Of a DNA stretch of 64,000 nucleotides, positions 52,020 through 64,000 are shown in pieces. The notes under the pieces are model-generated. The model was given only the letters and a program-made list of their open reading frames with translations, was not told the DNA's origin and did not search any database. Made by a program: the position numbers and the translations under genes. The stretch spans positions 22,134,001 through 22,198,000 of the forward strand of contig NC_043021.1 in NCBI RefSeq assembly GCF_006345805.1. The letters are read 5' to 3'. Every line of letters begins with the position of its first letter. The stretch's first letter is position 1. The stretch comes from Octopus sinensis (Eukaryota).

Positions 52020-52339
52020 GTCTCAGCCCCATACAAGAACACCGCTTTTACGTTAGTGTTAAAAATTCTTATTTTGTTCTAACATTGTGCTAACATCAAT
52101 TCTAAAACACTGGTTTAACTAGCTAGAAATAGCAAGCATATCTCCCTTGTGTCATATAATTTTTCAATATATTCGTCCATGAGTCTATGCATGTGTGCAT
52201 TAATATATACAGGTTTCTGGGAATGTGTGTATGTTTTTGTGTGTGTATGTGTACGTTTGTAAGTTTTATACACAAGAAGGGGGACACAAAACAGTGACCT
52301 AACTAGCTAGAAATAGCAACCAAATCTCTTTTATATTAC

Positions 52340-52714
52340 ATAACTACGCTGTTACGTCGCCTCTATATTTTTCGTTTTTTAATTTTCAAAGAATTGTATA
52401 ACGGTTTACGTAAATCTAAATATATTGTGTCTGAATAGAAGATGCAACGGTCGCAGATGAACGAGTATTTGAGAAAGAAAATCAATAACCGCCGCTCGTT
52501 ACGTCAATGTATTTTTTTTTTATCAGAATTCTGGTCGATCATGGTTGACCAAGGGTTAAATAACAGACATAACGACAACAAAAACACCAACACATGAACA
52601 AAATGTCGGAAAAGCCGAAGGGTCAAACAAAAAAAGCCTACTAAACCTGAGTTCGGCCGCTTTATGTTCTATGCTTGAAACGGGTTGGTGTCAATTTTTT
52701 TGTCTTTCATCGAT
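52340..52714 (+). promoter_or_regulatory. CpG-rich unique segment, candidate promoter / first exon ending at GAT|gtaaga
   Basis: About 25 CpG in ~420 bp (rough hand count) in AT-rich DNA, no repeat recognised, good donor at 52715. Confidence 0.25.
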
Positions 52715-52868
52715 GTAAGATACATTCAGACAGTAATGGCCGATCTATGGAAGTTTGAAACTCTTTTGTGCAACGTCGATATATATATGTATATATGTGT
52801 ATGTATATATGTATTTATGTATGTATGAATTATGTATTATGTATGTAAATATATATGTACATGTGTGC

Positions 52869-52915
<47 letters not shown>

Positions 52916-53048
52916 GTACACATATACAATATACACATATACGTACATACATGGGCCTATGTATATTTATGTATATATGTATATATATATGTATATATGT
53001 GCACTTATATATGTATATATATACATATTTATATACACATATATATAT

Positions 53049-53089
<41 letters not shown>

Positions 53090-53099
53090 GTGTATACGC

Positions 53100-53136
<37 letters not shown>

Positions 53137-53334
53137 AACACATGCACACTCACGCACACAGACACACACACACACAGATACACACACATATATTTAACAG
53201 TATCAGCGACAAGCAGTGATTAGGCATAAGCGAACTTTAGGTTAGTTTAAATACGTTTGTGACATCTATGAACTTCTGAAGGCAAATTCAATGTAGTTAA
53301 CGCCGACAAAAAATTCTCTCTGACTGTTTTTCAG

Positions 53335-53494
53335 TTAAATCTACGGCTTTAAATTCTGCCCAGAGTTGAGTCAGTTTCCTATTTTCCATTAAAGAAGACT
53401 AAAGCGCTAGCAACGCTGAGCTTGAGAAACCGATAGAGGGCAGCAGATAAGGTGTTTTTGCACCTTTTACGATAACAGAATTATTTTCTCTACG
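53335..53494 (+). other. Candidate non-coding (5' UTR) exon
   Basis: Acceptor tctctgactgtttttcag, donor ACG|gtaagt, 160 nt, stops in all frames. Confidence 0.35.
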
Positions 53495-53542
53495 GTAAGT
53501 GTTAGCTGCATTAAAGTTGCCTTTAGAAGTTCAAATATGTCA

Positions 53543-53965
53543 CAGGCGCAGGAGTGGCTGTGTGGTAAGTAGCTTGCTAACCAACCACATGGTTCCGGGT
53601 TCAGTCCCACTGCGTGGCACCTTGGGCAAGTGTCTTCTGCTATAGCCCCGGGCCGATCAATGCCTTGTGAGTGGATTTGGTAGACGGAAACTGAAAGAAG
53701 CCTGTCGTATATATGTGTGTATATATATATATGTATGTATGTGTATATGTATGTGTGTGTGTGTGTGTTTGTCCCCTTAGCATTGTTTGACAACCGATGC
53801 TGGTGTGTTTACGTCCCCGTCACTTAGCGGTTCAGCAAAAGAGACTGATAGAATAAGTACTGGGCTTACAAAAGAATAAGTCCCGGGGTCGATTTGCTCG
53901 ACTAAAGGCGGTGCTCCAGCATGGCTGCAGTCAAATGACTGAAACAAGTAAAAGAGTAAAGGAGT
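53543..53965 (+). mobile_element. SINE family 1 (young)
   Basis: Full structure. Confidence 0.9.
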
Positions 53966-54457
53966 AAATCTACCTTCGGATTTACCCTGTGCTATCCAGT
54001 AGTAGTAGTATTTAGGCATCTATCGTGTTTGAATAGATAACAGAATGACTTGGGGTCAGCAAGAAGGGGTACCGTTGGACATTTATATTCTAATCATTAC
54101 AATTGTTTTGACGCAACGTAGTTCTCCAGGTGCGTAGGTACTTGTTTATGTAACTATTTCCCTGCATTATAAGATTTAGTTGTGTTTCCTCAGGCGATAT
54201 ATAAATATTGTCTCCATAACTTAAAAATCCTTGGCTTCAAGAATACTCTCTCTGTCTGTCATGGCCTAAATTTAGTAGTAGTCAATGAGCTTATCAGGGC
54301 GTTTTGTTGCCGAAGGGCCGGTGGCAAATTGCTTTGAATGTGTACATGTAGTGGGGTGGTGATTCTGGTACAGTTAAAGTGGTTGCTGTTTTAAAGGGAT
54401 TGGCATTTTATTTATTTCTACTACTGATTTGTTCTTCATATAGATGTATTCGTGGAC

Positions 54458-54685
54458 AACATATCTGACTGTTCCTTCTGATACTTGGAGATCTTTTGCA
54501 ATTAACCTTATGGACCTTCTGGGATTGTAATCAATGGTCTGTTGAACTTGCTGCATAAATCCAGGTGTTCTAATGATTTTGGAGCATTTAGAATGCTTTT
54601 TATGCTTTGATACAAGTGATACATTTCCATCTTCAGTCTTTGGCTCCTTACAAACTTTGTAGACAAAATATCTGGCAAATTTTAA
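54458..54685 (-). pseudogene. maT-like transposase N-terminal fragment
   Basis: FARYFVYKVCKE...RTPGFMQQVQQTIDYNPRRSIRLIAKDLQVSEGTVRYVVHE (HTH region). Confidence 0.75.
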
Positions 54686-54972
54686 AAATCGAGTTATTTC
54701 TAAACTGCTATGCTCAGCCTATATAACCAGATATAACAACATGCCTCTTTATTTCTTGAGTAAGCTGAGGGTCTGCCATAATTATTTTCTAAAACAAAGA
54801 TTATACAGAGTTAGCAAAAAGTGCAGCAATGACCCCCAAAAAATATGTCCTCAAATACCTTATGCACCCTATAGTTCAAATTTACAATAAACAAACACAC
54901 AAACAAAGGACGAAGACTGGTGTAAGAACAACAGGATGATGTATTAGTTTAACCATTGGAAAAGAAAGGAAA

Positions 54973-55012
54973 AGTCGCTTAAGTTTCGATCCTGCGCTTT
55001 TCGACAGAAAGG
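54973..55012 (-). ncRNA. Degenerate hammerhead, family 1, in a pLTR-like fragment (54900-55020)
   Basis: CCTTT CTGTCGA A AAGC GCAG GATC GAAAC. Stems II and III are damaged. Confidence 0.45.
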
Positions 55013-55050
55013 AAAAATGGAGAGACAAACTATGCAGATTTCAGCGGTCC

Positions 55051-56320
<1,270 letters not shown>

Positions 56321-56460
56321 AGTGTGTGTGAGTGCGTGCGTGTGTGTGTGAGTGCGTGCGTGTGTGTGTGTTTGTAGTTGAAATTTCTAGAATAATAAAG
56401 ACGAAGACGGGTGTAGGATCAGCAGGCTGGTGTATTAGTTTGACGCTCGGGAAAATGAAA

Positions 56461-56500
56461 AAGTCTTTTACGTTTCAAGCCTACGCTTTTCAACAGAGAG
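56461..56500 (-). ncRNA. Minimal hammerhead, family 1, downstream of a PLE endonuclease relic
   Basis: CTCT CTGTTGA A AAGC GTAG GCTT GAA ACGT A AAAG: intact stem II, palindromic ACGT stem III. Confidence 0.6.
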
Positions 56501-56688
56501 GAATAAGAGAGAACAAATACAGAATGAAAAAGAAGCCTGTAGATTTAGCGGTCAAGCATGGCGAATGTTTAAAAAGAAGTAGTTTGAAAGAAGAGGTAGA
56601 AAGAAGCGGATGCGGGCTAGGAGTGGCGTAGGGGTGGTGGCATCAATGAAGAGAGCAGGTGGGTAGGCGTGAAGTGAGGAAGTATGTG

Positions 56689-57165
56689 TCAGATGAAGAG
56701 AGGAGAGAAGTTGAGTCCATGTGGAGCAAAGGAGCGAAGGGAGAAGATTAATCCTTGTTCACGGCGAAGGCAGGAGTCCGGATGGCCCCTTGCAAATACA
56801 ATTCAAACACAGACAGATGTAGTAAATGACGTTACTGGAAGTGCAGGTAAAAGAGTCGGTGATGTTATAGGGACGATGATGGTGCCTGTGAGGATGGTGG
56901 TGTTGGAGAGGTAGTGGCAAGTACGACAGCGTGGGCAGGAACAGGGGAACGAGCCAGGCTGGGAGATGGTGTTAGAGAAGTAAATGTGGATCAGGAGGTC
57001 GCGCAGGTTGTGGGCTCGTTTGAAGCAAGCAGGAAAGAGACAGGTTGGGAAAGATGTGCATCGTCGTGTTGGGCTGGAATCGCGGGAAGGCTCGGAGAAT
57101 AGTGTGTTGGAAGAGCAGGGTGGAGGGGTGGTAGGTGAGGAGAAACGGAAGATGGACAGCGGCGG
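56689..57165 (-). pseudogene. Neptune-like PLE C-terminus (zinc knuckle, most of GIY-YIG deleted)
   Basis: LPFLLTYHP, FKRAHNLRDLLIH, GSFPCSCPRCRTCHY, ITDSFTCTSSNVIY, RREQGLIFSLRSFAPHGLN*. Frameshifted. Confidence 0.85.
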
Positions 57166-57187
57166 GGCAGGGGGGGATCGAAGTGTA

Positions 57188-57453
57188 TAGTATTATCTAT
57201 CCATTACGGCCGATTTTTAACAATCAGTTTCTTACCAGGAGTTCAAAGGAGTGTTAGGTAACAGTATAATTATGTAACACTGCGCTCTTCAGAGGTAGCC
57301 GTAATAGAGTGAAATATGGTAACTCCCCGCCATAATTCATTCCCTATCTCCGAAGGGCGTTGGGTTACTTAATCGCAGTGTTAGATCACACTCCGTTAAA
57401 CACTTTATACAGAACGGATTGGTAAGATCGACCGTAATGGATATAAAATACTA
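57188..57453. mobile_element. Old MITE / foldback with ~115-bp diverged arms
   Basis: tagtattatctatccattacggccgat versus the reverse complement tagtattttatatccattacggtcgat. Similarity continues inward. Confidence 0.7.
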
Positions 57454-58469
57454 GACATTTCAATTAGTATACCCGTAGGACAGATATACGAGTGCATTTT
57501 CTCTTGACTAAAGGACTCTAAAACAGCTACCATACACAAACACATACACACGCACACACATACATATATATGTCAGGTTGTGTGGGTTTGTGTGTGGGTT
57601 TGTTTGTATATGCATATACACGGATACACATGTAAATACATACACGCATGTACATATATACATACGCACGTATACATATGTGTGTGTGTATATACATATA
57701 TACATACGCACGTATACATATGTGTGTGTATATATATATAATATACATGTACATACATATACATACTCACAGACCTGCTCAGAGGGATACATACAGGCAC
57801 TCATATATAACACAACACATTCACTAACGAAAACACATCTCTGAGAGAGAAGAGATAGCGGTAAACGGGGTAACGGTAAAAAGGAGTTAGTGATTCCCGT
57901 TTCGTTTCGTTTCGATTAATGCCGGCAAGCTTTCACTTGTGTTTAATGTCTTTATTCAATAATTGATCTGCTCTGATTTGACACTTAATATGAGGGATTT
58001 CTGACTTGAATGGGGCCGCTTCACCGTCGAATGTTTATCTGAAGCAGAGTCACTTATCTGCTAGTTAACATGCATAACATGGGAATTATTTATGGTAAAT
58101 GCGCACACATGAATCAGGGCGGCTTTAAAAAATATCACAGAGACGAATCTCGTATATATATATATATATATATATAGGTGTGTGTATGTGTGTGTGTGTC
58201 TCTATGTGTGTGTGAATGTTTGTGTGTGTGTGTGTGGCACATAACACACTCTACGTACCGCCCCACACACACTTTGGCATACTTACAAATATATATACAG
58301 ATCACGAATTTCTTCTTCCTCCTCCTCTTCCCCAATTTACACACACTCACGCAAATACTCACACACACATATTCACACACGCACACATACACACACACTC
58401 TCTCTCACACACACACACTCACACTCACACACACATTCTCGCAATTATATATACTAACGTGGATATATA

Positions 58470-58501
<32 letters not shown>

Positions 58502-58659
58502 TTACGCATGTAAGTGTACATCTATGCATATTTATATATGTATATATATATGTGTGTGTGTATGTGTATGTGCGTATATACATATACACACATATATGTG
58601 TAGATCTGTACATTTATACATATGTATATGTATATATGCATATTTCTATGTATACGTGC

Positions 58660-58698
<39 letters not shown>

Positions 58699-59295
58699 GT
58701 GTGTGTCTGTGTATGTGTGTATGTGTGTGTACATGCACATCTCACATGGATTTAAAAGCATTAAGTGGAGAAATATACATTCCCTGTGTGTAATATATTG
58801 ACTATAACATTACCACTCGTTTTAGACCTGTTAATATATATCCATACAAATGTATGTGTGCGTGTGTGTGAATGCAGACACACATAAATATAAACACACA
58901 CACACAGATATACATATGCATATATATATATATATATATATATATACTTATACAAACACACACACATTTGGTCTAAAGTCGTATGACAACCACCGTTATA
59001 TATATTTTGTTTATTCATTACTGTTTTCAATTTCGTTTTCGTCTCTTGTATTTACATCCGTCTTGTGCGTTCACATTCCTGTCTTCTACCAAGAAATCTA
59101 ATGGTTACAGCTTAGTTTTTTTCTTGGGGCTGGCCGAGTTGGAGCAAATATCAGAATTGAACAGCCGAAATTTGCTATGATGATTCGGTGTCTGACTGAA
59201 GATTGAAGGCTTCGAATGATTTGTCTGTGTTCCGTGTTCGTCCCTTCCTGTATTTCACGTTCATTATATATAAAAACATTCATTTATATATATAT

Positions 59296-59341
<46 letters not shown>

Positions 59342-59874
59342 TTATAAGATATATATATATATAATTATATATATATATATATATATGTATACATACATTA
59401 CGTTATGTATATATGAATACGTATCTATCGTGTGTCTACACACACACACACACACAGATGTATATTTACATAAGCTGACTTATTTACATAGATGTGCATA
59501 AAGTTACGATTACGAGCTCACAATTCATTGGATCGCCATTTTTATTAACGTATGTGTAAATGCAATTACGTTGGATGGTTAAGCACTAACAAACGCCCAT
59601 GTCTCTTCACTGGTGTATGCGGTGCACACGTGACGATACTCATACAAGCACACGTACTTATCTATGTGGATTTTACACACACACACATACACACACAGAT
59701 ATATACATATATACACACACACATATATATACACATATACACGTATATATATATATATGTATATATATACCGGAGTAAACATATAAATGTGAAACAAGGT
59801 GGAAAAAAGAGTACTTCAAATACCAGTGATAGAGTAATATGTTTTATTTAAAGCACCAGAAAATTCCACAAATC

Positions 59875-59912
59875 CTGTTACTCTGAGTTTCGCGTTGCCG
59901 TTCGTCGGACAG
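59875..59912 (-). ncRNA. Near-intact minimal hammerhead, U4C core variant
   Basis: CTGT CCGACGA A CG GCAA CG C GAA ACTC A GAGT A ACAG: perfect stem I, GNRA-capped stem II, quasi-palindromic stem III, GUA triplet. Confidence 0.7.
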
Positions 59913-60401
59913 TTTTTGCTCTCTCTCTCTCTATATATATATACGTACACAAATGTGTATATTTCTATATGTACGTATGTTCACTGAATGTATGTATAAT
60001 TATATACATTCATTAATACATATGTATATACACACGCACTTACACACACACACGGATATTATATATGTATATATATATTATAGAGATGGATATTATTTAT
60101 ACATATATCTGTATATGCAAGCGCGTGTGCACTTATATGCATGTGTATATGTATGCGCGTGGGCATGTATATACATATATATATATATGCCTATATGTAT
60201 ATATATATATATATATATCTGTGTGTGTATATATATATATATATGTTTGTATGTATGTATGTATTTATAGTATATAATACCCACAGTCACACACACACAC
60301 ACACGTTACTATACATGTATGTATGGCCCTCGTATGCATGAATTTTCGTATGGATTTTGGATGGTTTTGTATGTTGTTATGTCCATACTGTTACTTTACA
60401 G

Positions 60402-60438
60402 GTTTTTAACAATTTAAAACAACTAAATTAATGGAAGA
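60402..60438 (+). CDS. Candidate exon carrying a start codon (ATG at 60431; M-E-[D/E]), product unknown
   Basis: Acceptor ccatactgttactttacag, donor AGA|gtaagt. Upstream frames closed. Only 8 coding nt in the window. Confidence 0.35.
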
Positions 60439-60589
60439 GTAAGTTGTATGATTTTATACAGTGCTGAGAATCGACAATGGTAACTTAACTCTCTTTTTAT
60501 TGCTTAACCATTGTATTCGGGAAGAACACGCCTTGTGGCTGACCGATGACAAATGTAATCCACGGAAAACTCATTAAATGAACGCTACG

Positions 60590-60975
60590 AATTGGCAGAA
60601 TCGTGAACACGCCGGGTGAAATACGTAGCCATATTCCGTCTGCCGTTACGTTCTGAGTTCAAATTCTGCCGAGGTCGACTTTGCCTTTCATCCTTTCAGG
60701 GTCGATAAATTAATTACCATTTAAGCACTGGGGTCGATGTAATCGGCTTAACCCGTGTGTCTGTCCTTGCTTGTCCCCTCCGTGTTTAGCCCCTTGTGGG
60801 TAGTAAAGGAACAGGTATTTCGTCTGCCGTTACGTTCTGAGTTCAAATTCCGCCGAGGTCGACTTTGCCTTTCATCCTTTCAGGGTCGATAAATTAAGTA
60901 TCCGTTGCGTACTGGGGTCGATCTAATCGACTGGCCCCCTCCCCCAAAATTTAGGCCTTGTGCCTAGAGTAGAAA
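60590..60975 (+). mobile_element. SINE family 2 plus a second partial copy
   Basis: ttctgagttcaaatt...gaggtcgactttgcc occurs twice. Confidence 0.85.
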
Positions 60976-61544
60976 AGAATAAAAGTAGAGCTATTATTAA
61001 GTATGGGATTTCTTTTATTTGACTTAAGGAGGAGTAATAAATGAAAAAAATGTTCCTGATCTAGACGTTAATTTCTTGTACTCACGATCACAAGTGCGTC
61101 GTTTCGATTCTCGGACAAGGCGTTGCATTGGCTTCTTGAGCAAAACACATCATTTCACATTGATTTAGCTGTAAATGACTGGCTCTGCAATGGATGGCGC
61201 CCTGTTCATGGAGGAATGCTGTAATCTCAGTCGCGTATAGGCTATGGAAACCCACTAACACGCCCTCTGAGCCCTAAGATTGACAAGACTTGACGATGAT
61301 GAATACTGAAGTATTCTGAAACTGAGATTAAGTCTCTTGGATTAGCTATGGATTAAGGACAGATATTTGCCAAAAAATGGGAGCAGATGGGAGCTAATAC
61401 ACAAACATGGCCGCTCGGCCTCTACAGGACTGAAGCACTACGATAGCTTTCGAACCCTCAGGCTCTACCCCTGCAAATGACAACACGCTTACTGCACCAT
61501 TTGTTATCATATGCACCCCTTTCTTTCGTCTTCTACAACCTCTA

Positions 61545-61850
61545 TCCCTGCATCTCCATTATATACCTTCCCTCCAAGGCCCATAAACTCGACGAACCGA
61601 CCATCCCATCGTCTCTCTCCTGTAGAGACCTCATCCCTGCAGATCACATCTCCGCCTTCTTCGACACTGTACTCACATCGCTGCTCGCTTCACACCCTCC
61701 TTTACCAAGAATACCAACCATGTTGTGTGGTCTTCAGCTCTGTTCCATTCTGCCTCATTTTCACCATGGACATCAACTGTCTGTATACTATTACCTCTCA
61801 AGCTTAGGGCCGGCGTACCCTCAAAACTTCCTCAACCTCTGCACCATTGT
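61545..61850 (+). pseudogene. Neptune-like PLE reverse transcriptase relic
   Basis: YLPSKAHKLDEP...DHISAFFDTVL resembles LPKIHK...LISAFLD.IL. LIFTMDINCLYT resembles LFTMDV.SLYT. Confidence 0.75.
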
Positions 61851-62226
61851 TTATCCTAGTACGTACGCCTGCTACGTCTTGCAAACCTTTAGTTCACCCT
61901 GAAATTTACCCCTTCGCGAATAAAATCTAAATACTTGTCACTAGAAGTAGCCATATGTACAAGAAAGAGGTCATGTATACTAATATATTTGTCAGCTACG
62001 AAGCATCAACGCAGTTTTTTTTTTGGGGGGGGGGGGCGTGGTGGTACTATCTGATGTCCTCGATGGTTCTAGGAGCTCTGCAATCGAAACCGTCGACCTG
62101 TTTGTCCGAATCATTTAAAGGGGCCTTGTTTGGACTCCAAACGGTGGGGGCGGGATTGAGTGAACCGATACGTTGTGGATGTCTAAATTCACCTCCTCAA
62201 TCTTTCTATCTTGCATTTCACCCTCC

Positions 62227-62453
62227 TATTTCTTTACTACCCACAAGGGGCTAAACACAGAGAGGACAAACAAGGACAGACAAACGGATTAAGTCGATTA
62301 TATCGACGCCAGTGCGTAACTGGTACTTATTTACTCGACCCCGAAAGGATGAAAGGCTAAGTCGACCTCGGCGGAATTTGAACTCAGAACGTAGCGGCAG
62401 ACGAAATACCGCTAAGCTTTTCGCCCGGCGTGCTAACGTTTCTGCCAGCTCGC
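62227..62453 (-). mobile_element. SINE family 2 with 17-bp TSD
   Basis: cttgcatttcaccctcc at 62210-62226 and 62454-62470. Confidence 0.93.
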
Positions 62454-62893
62454 CTTGCATTTCACCCTCCACCACATACTTTCTCCCCAACACACACATC
62501 TCACCCTCAACACTCTCACATATACACACATATCATCCACACACTACTACGTAGAAACGTGCCTCCCACCGATTAACCCTCCCCCTTCATTCACATCTTT
62601 CCCTTTCACACACACACACACACACACACACATATAGTGCTTTGATCCATTACTGAAAGAAGCTTTTATCCCGTCGCTTAAAAAGTCATCAATCGTAGAT
62701 ATGACGTCATTATCATTGCGATACTGGTTAAACTGCATGCCATAAAGAACGCCTTATGTTTGAATCCGCAGCATTGCGGCGGCTGATATAGTTTTTATAA
62801 ATGCTAAGTGTTGACTGATTATAAAGCCGCCCTGCAAAGGCAGGGAAGTAATGAAATGAAAAATATCTATAAATTTTCAAGTTACTCAGAACA

Positions 62894-63392
62894 TCTTTAT
62901 ATATAAAAGTGAGGTTGTGTGGTGTCTGTCTCCTCCGATTTAGATTCCTAACTACTCCCACATTTTGCGGTGCAGTTTAACCAAAAGCGGGTATCTTATA
63001 GTCGTGATTCATATCGAGCCCTTCTGGGTATTAGCGCGCGTCTACGATGAGTCTACGATTTAAAAAAAATTTACCATAATTTTTTTCCATTTTAATGAAT
63101 TTTTTCGCTATTATATAAGGGAAGTAACTCTCTAAAAATGTCTACGATGAGTCAACGATTTAAAAAAAAATTTACCATAATTTTTTTCCATTTTAATGCA
63201 TTTTTTCGCTATTATATAAGGGAAGTAACTCTCTAAAAATGTCTACGATGAGTCAACGATTTAAAAAAAAAATTACCATAATTTTTTTCCATTTTTAATG
63301 CATATTTTGGTTATTTTTTGGCTATAACTCTCTAAAAATGCTTTTATAGTTATTTCCCTTACAACCCAAGCAACGCCGGCCGATACTGCTAG
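62894..63392 (+). mobile_element. Non-autonomous Helitron with an internal ~105-bp unit repeated about 3 times
   Basis: a|TCTTTATATATAAAAG...cccaagcaacgccggccgatactgCTAG|t. gtctacgatgagtc at about 63040, 63140 and 63241. Confidence 0.88.
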
Positions 63393-63744
63393 TTGTTTAT
63401 ACAATTATATTTAAATATTTTTAGGATTTCATATATCTCTCTTCATATTTATAAATGTTGTACTTTAGAACGAAGAAAAACTTTTGAAGAATAAACTCTG
63501 TCCTTTTCTTAACTGACGAAACACTAATATAATGATACGCTATGTTTATAGATATAGATATTCAACTAATACCGGGAAGATATTCAAGTTTTTACATGAA
63601 GATGAATTCAAATCTATAGAAATAAAGATGCGAAACATTTTCATGTTTCCATTATGCGAGAACCAGATTCCCTATCGATGAATCAATGTATATAACTACG
63701 CACGTGCTATTGGCGATTTCTTTTACTTCTTTGGTATTTTCCTT

Positions 63745-63850
63745 TTCTCTTTTCCGACGAAGTGTTATGCTAGAAATGTCACAAACTCTGTCTTTTTACT
63801 GAGCGTCAAACTAATACGTTCTTTGTGCTCGTCTTCTTCTTGACTGCGTA
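63745..63850 (+). ncRNA. Highly degenerate hammerhead / pLTR fragment related to family 1
   Basis: ccgacgaagtgttatgctagaaatgt followed by ctgagcgtcaaactaatac, as in the 56420-56460 flank. Confidence 0.35.
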
Positions 63851-64000
63851 TCTCTTCCAGGTGGTGCTATTAAATTAGACATGGCCTGAGTCAACTTCGG
63901 CCGAAACTTATCTAAGTAATCTAATCTATGCTGTAACCCTTTAATCAAAGCATGACAACGCGTGTAGAGGCTGATAGCTTAACACTTCTGATGGTCTTAA

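Overview
Eukaryotic, AT-rich, microsatellite-saturated genomic DNA. The repeat families match my recollection of Octopus repeats, so the species call is an inference. Two contigs are joined by a 100-N gap at 34305-34404. I cannot support any complete host protein-coding gene. Almost all ORFs in the track are translations of (AT)n, (AC)n, (TATG)n, (ATG)n or (GAG)n repeats. What is supported: (1) dozens of tRNA-derived SINEs in at least 3 families, plus an RTE-tailed element with a variable internal ~60-bp repeat; (2) decayed LINE pieces (RTE, RTE-X-like, CR1); (3) Tc1, maT-like, mariner and hAT transposon relics; (4) six non-autonomous Helitrons sharing one hairpin+CTAG 3' end; (5) Penelope-like element (PLE) relics of apparently two clades; (6) about ten minimal type-I hammerhead ribozyme motifs from several families, three intact or nearly so; (7) an ~860-bp near-perfect foldback and several smaller MITE-like inverted repeats. 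Splice signals weakly suggest a minus-strand gene on the left and the 5' end of a plus-strand gene at 52-60 kb. The most notable system-level observation is the density and diversity of hammerhead motifs with palindromic stem III. Minimal hammerheads in PLEs are known; whether these families are described or active needs checking.
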